DNA of 64,000 bases. Source: Tubiluchus corallicola (taxonomy: Eukaryota > Animalia > Priapulida). Both the position numbers and the translations under genes were made by a program. Location of the stretch: positions 372,001 to 436,000 of the forward strand of contig JAQGDQ010000127.1 of NCBI GenBank assembly GCA_030141605.1, in the 5' to 3' direction. Positions 53,894-64,000 of this stretch are shown here, piece by piece. The notes beneath the pieces are model-generated. The model had not been told where the DNA came from. It did no database searches and saw nothing but the letters and a program-made list of their open reading frames with translations. Numbering within the stretch: the stretch's first letter is position 1; each line of letters starts with the position of its first letter.

Positions 53894-56723
53894 CATATCC
53901 ACTGGCATATTAAGCCCTAAGCTGATAGTTCAGTCCCACCGATATCAATATCAATTATGGTTGCTTATATATGAGATGTATTTTACTTTTGCATAGTAGG
54001 ATGATAGTTTAGTAGCGCCTATATTCATTATAGTTGTCTATATATGAGATATATGTGTAGTAAGCTGATAGTTCAGTCCCACTCATATCATTGACCAAAC
54101 GCATCGGTGTTCAATTGGTTATTTGTGCCCTTGTTTATACCATAGCAAATTTGATAAAAAAGTGGGAATTGCTCACTGTCAGTTAAGTGTAAATTGGGTC
54201 AGTTGACACAATAGTCATTCTAGTGTTAACTACTGCTGTATTAACCAGTGTGCTGTGCCCTTCGATAACCTTAATGAATGCTGCTAGGCTGAAGCTGGTT
54301 TATTTAGTTTAGCGACAAACAATAATTATGGTTGGAATACCCTGAATATGTACAAAATAATTTACCCGCTTTAGATAAAACATGCAAATGCGCGCATTTT
54401 CTTTTGAGAATGATAAGAATAGAAAAATTTTAGCACTAGGCCCCTAAAAATCTGGCACCCTCAAATTTTGATGCCCTGTGCTACAGCCTAGTTAGCCTAA
54501 TGATTAATTTACTCCTGAGTATACTTGTTCACTGAGGTGTCGTTCGACAGCTTAAACATGTCAACCCTAATAAAGCCACAGGACCTGACGAACTACCAGC
54601 TCGTGTTTTTCATGATTTTGCCATGGAACTAGCACCAATACTAAGGTTCGTCTTTGAACAGTCCTTCAGCACTTCAAGTATAACTGATGACTGAAAACTG
54701 CTTGTGTTACTGCTATACACAAAAAAGGATCTACTTCTTCAGCTTCAAACTATAGACCGATCTCGTTAACATGCATAGCCTGTAAAACAGTGGTTCCCAA
54801 ACTTTCTCGGACCGTTACCCAAATCGGGAAACCTGGTCATGTCCATTGCCCCCCACCTAGTACTACTTCTCCAACTCAAAAAGAAAACTACGTAAAATGC
54901 ATTCCGAGTGAAGTTTTAAAAATTTTGAGAGGGGTGCCCGTTACCCCCCAAAAAAACCATATTACCCCAGGGGGTAATTTACCCCTACTTTGGGAACCAC
55001 TGCTGTAAAATAATGGACATCAAGCGCGTCAAGCAGGTCAAGCAAAATGCAGCACGATTTGTACGAAATGAATATTACTGCTGAAGCATCTAGGATGATC
55101 TCCGAACTCGGGTGGGAAACACTAGAAATTAGACACAAACGATATTAAACATCTTTCATGATATAGTGCATCATAGGATAGGTATAAATTTACCAACTTG
55201 CATCACCCCATCTCTCAAACATGAAAACAAATTTGTTCAGCCAAGAGTCAAGCAAGAGTCAATATTTATTTATACTCCTACCCCAGAGCAATACGTTTGT
55301 GGAACAAACTTCCACCGGATATCAGAGAAATCACTTCAGAGCACTAGCACCTTCTGCTGTTTCTTCCATGAGGGTGCCATCCCACCTAACCTGTCTGTAA
55401 ATCTAACTGTGTTTTTAGCCCGCGCCCACCAAATTTGTTTTGCTTGTTTCACCTCTTCTCATAACCTCTAATACCATCACCAGTTAGTGAGTTGCAGCAT
55501 GTGTACTAGCAATGTGTGCCCCAAAACTTCTAGTATGTCGTCAAAGACTTTCTAGAAGTATATTATTCAAGACTCAAGCCAGACTCTAGTCTTACCGTAA
55601 AAGTCATTGCAGCTATCACTGTTTAATGCTGGAGGTTTTCAGTGTGCCAAATTATATGAAAAAGTATCTCAACACCTGAAATTTCTGAATGCTGTTGCTC
55701 AAACTATATTGTATTACTCATAGCAAAAGCTAGCACTAATAACATTTTTTAATTCAGGTTAGCAAAATTGGTACTTCAGTGTACGTTTTAGCTTCAACTG
55801 TTGGACTGTTTCCCACTCAGCTATTAAATGTCTATCTGGGTTCAACTCTTCGTTCCATGGAAGATGTTTTATCGGACAGTGCTAGTTCATCAACTGTCTA
55901 TTTGGTTTTTGTTACTCAGGTAAGAATCAGCTTATATAATGACGAATGCCTACCTAAGTGAAGCAAATATAACCAAAAATTTACCTTGATTTTTTCGCAT
56001 ATTGGCTTCCAGTGCTCTAACCTGAATCTCGGCTTGTTTGCTTAACTTGTTTGGTATTGCCACTAATTATTTGTTTATGAGATTTCTGTATCTTCTAGCT
56101 GATTGTTTAATTGCATGATAATTTAATCTGGGATTACTATAAAATGGGGTCATGTTAAACCAATAATTGTCCAAAATAAAATGATTACATCTTTTAAAAT
56201 GTTATTTTTTAAATTACGATAAAGTAACAATTTATTACTTTCAGAATTCCTACTTCAAAGTCGCATCATTGAATTACAGCATACTTACAGCAATTCCCAG
56301 CCATTAAATCATTCTTCATGGTATATTTGAGTCAAGCCTGTTGTGATTTAACATTAGGTAGTTAGAAAAATTATAACCTGCAGATTCCTTGTTTTGCCTC
56401 TTCAGCATGGTAGATTCTCAACACAGTTTTCGTGCTCACCAAGTCCACATTTAAAAGTATGTATATGTAATTTATAATTAGGCCATTGGCATTGTTAACT
56501 GCATCATTAGAAATGATATATTGGTATTGTATATGTGCTGTTTTTTCAGATTTTTATTAGTATTGGTTTGATGCTATACATTCTAAAAGTAGCCAAAGAG
56601 GAATTGAAGAAAACTGTATCAAGTTTTGATATTCTTCCAAAGCACGAAGTACATCTGGATTGGAATTCGGCTTCTTCAAATAATGGTCAGGCACCCTTTG
56701 CAAAAGTACCAGAAATTATATAA
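53138..56723 (+). CDS. TMEM64: TMEM64 (DedA/SNARE-associated VTT-domain membrane protein), 3 coding exons
   Basis: Exons 53138-53743, 55758-55919, 56550-56723 (all phase 0); [75 protein letters not shown]. Confidence 0.92.
54540..55330 (+). mobile_element. LINE RT fragment in TMEM64 intron
   Basis: NPNKATGPDELPARVF..ELAPIL..VTAIHKKGS..SNYRPISLTCIACK, resuming as CKIM after the hAT insertion. Confidence 0.8.
54788..55002. mobile_element. hAT (Charlie-type) MITE, 215 bp
   Basis: TIRs cagtggttcccaaa / tttgggaaccactg; perfect 8-bp TSD ctgtaaaa (54780-54787, 55003-55010). Confidence 0.92.
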
Positions 56724-59211
56724 ACAAGTGTTTTGTTAAGATTCCATAATAATTATTTCAAAAAGAAAGAGTAAGGTTGCATTGTTTGGTTGTGAAAATG
56801 ATTGCTTTTTCTGTTTGTCTGGAAGATCCGCCAACCTATATTTTGAGTTTAATTGTACATCTTTTAACAAGAAAGTGCTTTGGTACCAAAACGTCCAGAA
56901 TATTTGAAGATTCATTTATAGCTTTTCAGCTAGACAACTTGTTATCTGATGTTTCAAACTGTGAAATTATTGTCCAAACAGTTTGTGTAGTAGCAACAGT
57001 TTTTTTTTTATATAAAAAGTGCAATTATATAAGATTTTGCTATGTAATATTGCTGTTTCTAGTAGACAAGAGATCATGCTATGATAATACATGTAATATA
57101 TAATTATAAATCTCAGGTCGACCTATTAATGTTACAAATTTTTTGCCATTTCTTGTTGCCATTGAAGATGTGAACTATCTAGAAAATTATTTATTTTACA
57201 TGACTGCGCTATAACAAAATAATGGTGAAATTCTACAAGTTTGATTGTGAAAAAGAAATGTGATAGTAGTTTTATTCTCTTTTTTCTTACTTTTCTCTTT
57301 TTAATTTATCTTTAGTGTAATGTAACTTTATTTATTTTAGAAATGTTTCTCGTTTGATTTTGTAGTTTAGTTATTAACTGTTACTTTAATTTCTTTGTCA
57401 ACTAAATTTAGAGTCGAACCGCATTTCACAAACCCACTACAGCCCTGGCAGACAATTTTTCAAAATTTAAAGTTTTAATTGGGTCGTTTTTGATTTGTTT
57501 GACTGGTTGTGAGATTTTGAAGTACATACTGCATTGCACTGCATGCATTTTAAGGATAATGTTGCTTTATCAAAAAATTTTTTATGTAAAAATATGACAA
57601 ATTTTTGACACTTTTTATTTGTTTTCTCAAAAGTACACAATTACAACTCCCCCAAACATTTGCAAATGCATAATGTGCTAGTGATTTGTGCCAGAATAGG
57701 AAGTTATTGTGCTTCATTCCAGTTGATCGTATGCATTGTTCATTGTGTGTCATTGATACAGACAAGTATTTTTGCAATGCATGTTACATGTTTACGTTAT
57801 TGATGAACAGGTTTATGCATTAATGATATTAATTTTTAACAGCTGGCTGTAAAACTTCCAAATGAATTGCAATGTAAACTATTTATCTAAAAGGTAATTG
57901 TTAAAGTTAAATCAAAGAACACTTGAAGAAAACTCAAGAATTATTGTTGAAAATAAGATTAGAGAATATTGAAACCAATGGGCTTCCAAACTTTCCTATC
58001 ATATCATAATTTTTATACTTAATAATTGATCATTATTCTTTAATCTGTGTGGGAATTTTGAATCTTTTTTTGTAGTATAGTTTATTATAATTTTGATGAT
58101 GTCTGGTTAATCAAACATAATTTTAACATAATTTTGTATCAGTAGGAGAAATTTAGAAATTAAGAAACATCATTAGCTGATGATATGGCTGGCTTTGAGA
58201 TTTTTATAACCATTAAACTAAAAATTTGTTTATAAGTTGTTGAATTCTTTTGTTTAAAATATCATAGTTATTACAGTTTTGGTTAATTAATTCCAAATAA
58301 TGCAGTATAGAAACTTTTGAGCCTATAATATTTTTGTTTTGGACCCATTTATTCTTGCTGTAATCAGCTAAAATGATTATGTCATGTACTACCAGACTAC
58401 GAATCTATAGTACTGCACAATTAAATGGCATAAATGCCTAATAACTTGAGTGCCATATATTCTATGACTTTTGGTATCCAAATCAAATTTTAATCAATAC
58501 GGGTAAATTTGCAGTTTCCTCACTTGGCTATATATATCCTGCAGAATTACGCGGTTGTAGTATTGTTATGTGCCATGAACACACGTACAGTAAAACTTGT
58601 TTCACTGGTCAGTATATCTGTTCATTATATTTGTTACATATGAGTTTTGTGTTTTTTCTTGGGCAAATTGTAATAAAAACATATTTGCAGTTTCATAAAA
58701 TTTTTGTGGTTGTTGAATATGGTAGTTATGGTGTCCCCTGAAAACTATTAGACTTTGGAGCCAGTGGAACATAAAATGCTAGAGGTAGAAACTAGAAAGT
58801 AAATTCCCAAAAAATGCTGTATATCTTTGAAATGATACAAGTTCGATAGTGGAAATATTTTTATCAGTAAACTAATTCATTTGCTAAGGTGCAGTTAGTA
58901 GTTTGCGTGCTGCCATGGAATTTTTTGTTGTTGTTGCTCTTGCAGAAACAACAGAAAATTGCGTGACAATCTTCTTGCTTGCTCGTTTGTTCTGCGTTGG
59001 TCGTTAGAAAGAAACACAAGATCGTTATAATTACGTATAACACCACGCTGTGGCACATTTTAATAATAGTTGCGTTGATACAGTCTGCGTTGAGATCTGA
59101 AAAACTTGTAAAATTTTTATTTTTGTTTCTCAGCAGTAAGCTGCAGAATATTGCGTGATCGCATGAACTTTTAAACGCCCAAGGCATTTCTGCAAATACC
59201 ACGTTGATAAG

Positions 59212-62200
59212 ATGGTAAGTTCTTATATTTGTACTACAGACAATTAGGGGCCATCCACATAACGATATTACTAGGATAGGTAGAGGTGGCAGGAGACGTG
59301 ACGCAAGATAAGTAGGTGATTTAGTCATGATATCGTTATTTGACGTTACGCGTTCTTCTCACATGTGTGCTAGCGGCAGATGACGCGGAACAAGGAATGG
59401 CTGGTTGTAATCGACCGCGAGGAGGAATCTGCAGAATGGGTCGATGAGGACGATGGGTTCAGTGAATTAGGGCTGCCACCGCCGATGCTAGTAGAACCCA
59501 CTGATGGCTTCCCATTAATTAACACAAGTGATGTTGTTATCTGTTCTTGGGAGGAGGAAGAATAAGATGTACAAAAAGCTAGGTATTGATATCAATACAA
59601 AGGGTAGGTAAGTGGTAGGGCATATGATAACGTCATTATAATGTAAAGTAGGTAGGTCCTTGAAATCGGCCGAAAACTTGATATTTTTATATTTGGATAT
59701 CCCCTTGGATGGTTCCATTTCAGTCACATACTTCGAACAAACTGCTCAAATTGTTGGGCATTTACAGCGCTAGCAAAAAATTGTTCAGCTGCTAACCCAA
59801 TGCAAAGTGAGAGGGTGAGCAAAACAAATACAGCTGCTAAGAATGTGCACCATAAAGCCGAAAATCAGTATGGCAAAATATATAGCAACTAATAGATTTG
59901 CAATGTGTCTTGATTGCAAGATAGCAGTAGCTGGAACCAAAGGAATTTTATGTGAATTTTGCATGCTAGAAAATTTCTGATGGTGAATATTTATTAATAT
60001 TCAAACCCAAGAGCCAAATTCATTGGGCCTACATTAGGTATGATGCTGAAGGTATGAACATTTCCAAAACTTTATCTTCTCGACTATCCACTCAGAATAC
60101 CCAAATGATCATGAATAACTTATCAGAAACTAGCAGCACAGAATCTTCATTGGAACACAAAGAAACAACTACTCCTTGCTTCACTCCATTAGGAGTGTGT
60201 GTCAGAGCTTTATGGTGGTTCAGACAGGGAGCTCTCTCGCAATTTGTTGCGCAATAGCTGCGAGATAAATTGCGATGCCCTTCACACCTGTGAGTTTACT
60301 CTCAGAGAGCAGTTGCACAACAAGTTGCGAGAGAACTCTCTACACGCAATTAGAAACCAGACAGTTTGCTCGAGAAGATATCAGAACTATTGTGCACGCA
60401 GAAGGGGACAAAGATTCAAGAAGAAAAATTTCATAATCAAACATCCGAAGATGCTCCTGCAGCATCTAGTATTCCAAATATCATATAGTGGCTGTACACT
60501 CACTTGGACATGCACAACAATTCTGTCAATATAACTGAAATGTTCAGCATCGGTAACCAGAAGAACACTTTCAATGGGGCATTAAATCTCACCATGAACA
60601 GTGTCTCTCTTGATAATCTTATGCAAAAGCAAAACCTTGAGAACCAGTGTGACATGCACAATAAACTATTCATCGGACAGAATGTTATGAAAGAAGAACA
60701 CGAAGCACAAAATAAACTATTGAATGAGTTTAAAGCTAGGAAACAGAAAGATGAAGTTGATTTAATTTTAAGAAAGGGTGCAGTAGTCAAGAAGTCTAGT
60801 GATGGCAGTTCTAGCATACATTTTGTAAAACCAGCTGGTTCAGTTGACCCTAAGATGTCTCACCTGCCAGTAGTTGATGAATTAAATAATAGTGACAAAG
60901 CACACATGGTTCGCTAACATTTATTATGCGAAGATAATGGTGATTACTCCGACAATGACTTTCTCACAAAACTATATCATTCCTGATGATGAAAATTGCA
61001 GAGACTAGCGAGATATTCAATAATGAAGACAAGTCTCTAACTTCTGTTCACATATCAGTTAAGTCAATTTATGACAACAGCAACTTGTCAAACCAGCAGG
61101 AATCATGTCAGTTAAGAATCCTAATATAGTCAGGCAAAGACTGTATACTAGTAGTGCTAACCCTTGCACTGCACGTAATTTTAGAAATAGCAGTGGCATT
61201 TCAGAATAACCCAGGGTCGGATTAAGCACACCCAGCACTTGCCCCGGGCGCCCCCTTTGCTTCTTTCACGGCTGAAAGCATATGTATTACATGGTGCAAA
61301 TTATGCAACATTGTTATATAAAACAAATTCCATTGCTCTGCGTACCACCTAAATTCTTTATTTACTTCAAAATGAAATTTTAGCAAAATAGCTGCAAAAA
61401 GATATGATGCCTGCCAACAGCAAAAAAAATAATCGTCCTGTAGCCCTCTACTTCACACTTTGAACTGTGTAAGACTTTCATGATCTTTTACATACTTTAT
61501 TTAATTTTTTATCTGTTTTCAGTTTATTTTTTTTGCCAGCTCGGTGCCCCCTGAGCATTGGTGCTCTAAGGAGGTGCTTAATGTGCTTATAGGTTAATCC
61601 GGCCCTGACAGTACCTCAGTTTGCAACTGGAAACTAAACTTTATATTTTTCAATGCCAACTTTTTGAACAACAAGATCACCGAATAGAAAGCGTATATTG
61701 TGACGACCAAGCCTGGCATAATGGGGTAGTGGAAGCCAAGCCAAAAATTTCACCTATTGATTACTCACCTAAAAGATTTAACTTGAGTGGACATCATGCT
61801 CCATTTGCAGATTTTACTAGTTGCTGTCCAGGGACAAGGAACTCCTTTGTTTGTAAGTGAGAACTTTAGTGTTAAGCAACTGCAGCAGTTTGGCAATTGT
61901 GAGTTTTCTGAAAATGTTTGGATCAACCAGCCACAGCTGTAAATACCTAATAGGCTGTATTAATCAGAGTCCAAATTCATCAGGGTTAAACAACAAATTT
62001 CTTTTGGAGCTACTAAACTACACAACTATTCATAAAAACAGCAACATTCTCATGGGAGATTTCAATTTGCCAAAGCTGATACATAACCTGGATCCTATGC
62101 CTTCTGAGGCTGAGTTCATGGAAGTAGTATATGAAAATCTGCTGTATCAACGTGTGCATAGCAACACACGTTTTCGTGAAGATCACAGTCCTATCTGTCT

Positions 62201-63471
62201 GGACTTGGTAACTACAAATAATTGTGAACTTGCTGATTGTGTTTCAATCGAACCTCCACTTGGTAAAAGCGACCACTGTGTTATAAGTTTTCACATTGTA
62301 TCTAGCACAGCTATTGTAGCTGACATTGTATCTACCACAGCTATTGTAGCTGACTTTGTATCTAAGCACAATTCTGTAGATAAATTACTTCAAAGCCAGT
62401 TATGATCAAATAAGACAGAAACTAAATCGCTGGGATTGGTCAGTGTTGTGGAAAAGCTTTTTAGTAGACACCAAACTGCGCTGAAAAATTAAAACCCGTG
62501 TGGATTACCAAAGATGCACTAGATGAGTAAAGTAAGTGGAAAAGCTGCAAAGTGCTAGAAAAGATACCATTAGCAATCAATTGGTTGCTCAGCAAAGAAA
62601 CTGCACAACCTGGTAGATTCGTAATGCTAAGAGAGACTACAAAAAGCAGTTTGTCAACTCTGCAAAGGCAAGACCATAGTTGTTTTGGGTATATACAGTC
62701 AAACCTCATTATAATGCCTCCTCCCTTTATAATGCCAACTTCACTTGACTCTTAGTATGTATATTTTTAGCAAAACAAAATGTCTATATTTGCATAGACA
62801 TGTACGTATTAATGCACCTCATTATAACTCCAACTTTTTTGCAGTCCCAAATAGGCGGTATAAAGAGGTTTGACGGTTTGATTATGTCAATCAAAAATTG
62901 GGGAAAATAGGATAAGATACCAATGCTCACGGAGAATAGAAGTGGCGTTATAACTGATAAGGTCAAGGCAGAATTGCCTAGTCAATACTTTGCTAGTATG
63001 TTTGCTGATAAAAGAAATCACCATGGCATTCCCATGCCGAACCACTATGACCATTGATTCTGTGGTTTTTGGCATCTGAATGATACACAACCCTTGAGGT
63101 TGCTGTTCATAATAAATGTAAATATCAATAGCTTGCCTGGTTTTTATTATAGTGCATAGTCACTGCTGAATAGGATTTGCTATTATTGCTTAGAGTTTTT
63201 TTTGTTGTTGTTATTCTGTTATTGCTGCACCTGTGACAAGTCTTTAATTTTGCACCAGATTTAGTTAGTCAAAACTTAAGCACATAAGATACAAAAAGAA
63301 GAAAAAATACTCACTAAAAATTGTGCACTACAAGTCTTATGTTCTTAATCCATTGACTAATATATCTGTATTTAAGTAGCAAACTAATTTTCCAGAGTGA
63401 AGTTGAAGACACACTGAAACGCATCCAAGGTCATAGGGGAGTAATTGGAACTATAATTGTAAACGGTGAAG
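59212..63471 (+). CDS. DYNLRB: Dynein light chain roadblock, first two coding exons (3'-partial)
   Basis: Exon 63396-63471 (ttttccag|..|gtaagc) encodes [27 protein letters not shown] candidate ATG-only first coding exon, aagATG|gtaagt at 59212-59214, ends a CpG-richer region; exon 1 is less certain. Confidence 0.85.
59247..59716. mobile_element. Harbinger/Tourist-like non-autonomous element
   Basis: tta|ggggccatcca ... tggatggttcc imperfect TIRs. Confidence 0.5.
61212..61607. mobile_element. hAT-like MITE
   Basis: cagggtcggattaa ... ttaatccggccctg TIRs; TSD not evident. Confidence 0.65.
62696..62876. mobile_element. Tc1/pogo (Tigger-like) MITE inside the LINE
   Basis: ta|cagtcaaacctc ... 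gaggtttgacgg. Confidence 0.65.
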
Positions 63472-64000
63472 GTAAGCATGGATTTTTTGAATTTTTTGTA
63501 GTGTGTTTTCATACTGTTCATGACAGTGTGTTTCTGTAAAAAGCAGCATATACATTGTATTAACATTGGGAGCTTCTCCCACATAAATTCATAGATAATA
63601 TTTGTTTGGGAAGCAAAACTCAAAGGTAATTTGTGACTCGTGAAATAGAAGAAAAACACTGTAACTTGTAATAAAACTGATCACTGGGATAGTTTTGCAA
63701 ATGATAACAAAAACAACGTGAGTCAGCTTGGTCAGCGATCGGGGTTTATATAAATGAGAATAAGGTAATGTAGTGTACTATTTAGGACAAACATTTAATA
63801 GATTTTATTAGTCATTTGAGAACTTTATAATAGTTTATTAACTTATTTCTGCATTAACAATGCTAAAATCTTCTTTTTAACCTAAATATAAAGAAACTAA
63901 AGACATCTAGCAGTCTTATGGGTTAGGAGTTTCTGTGTATTTTTTTCTGTAAGTCACTTTCTACAGCTAACATTTTTATAATCTGATTTACTAAATATTA

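Larger units (their letters stand above)
59900..63100 (+). mobile_element. Decayed CR1-like LINE (PHD-type ORF1 remnant, APE endonuclease, start of RT)
   Basis: [15 protein letters not shown] at ~59905; [37 protein letters not shown]; KPVWIT; [16 protein letters not shown]. Confidence 0.8.

Noticed and set aside
53918-54090. 30-bp direct repeat taagctgatagttcagtcccac
   Set aside because: Only two copies beside a TA microsatellite; likely a local duplication within a repeat remnant.
58908-58922. RFX X-box-like gctgccatggaatt upstream of DYNLRB
   Set aside because: Several mismatches to the consensus; cannot be supported from sequence alone.
58864-59328. 154-aa minus-strand ORF
   Set aside because: No recognisable domain; it overlaps the DYNLRB promoter/exon 1 and a MITE end, so it is probably a chance ORF.
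60054-60917. ORFs of 67-137 aa as host genes
   Set aside because: They lie between a PHD-like remnant and an APE endonuclease remnant, best explained as a broken LINE ORF1.

Overview
AT-rich animal (invertebrate-like) genomic DNA with spliceosomal GT-AG introns; not prokaryotic. I reconstructed by hand: (1) the 3' part of a 14-exon RNF31/HOIP-like RBR E3 ligase (+, 2726-27145; UBA-RING1-IBR-RING2-LDD, 5' end outside the window). It carries a tandemly duplicated pseudo-exon, and its 7.7-kb IBR/RING2 intron holds an intronless antisense GMC oxidoreductase gene, a Harbinger fragment and a near-perfect 208-bp-arm hairpin. (2) A convergent C2H2 zinc-finger gene (-) whose SUMO-motif-bearing 5' exons appear to splice to two alternative zinc-finger 3' modules. 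(3) An intronless WDR77/MEP50 gene followed 1.2 kb later by TMEM64. (4) The first two coding exons of a dynein light chain roadblock gene. The rest is decayed LINEs and several nested non-autonomous DNA transposons (hAT, Mutator/foldback-like, Harbinger, Tc1/pogo, Helentron-like) plus microsatellites. All exon calls come from manual frame and phase checks without expression data. Family assignments rest on recalled motifs, not database searches.
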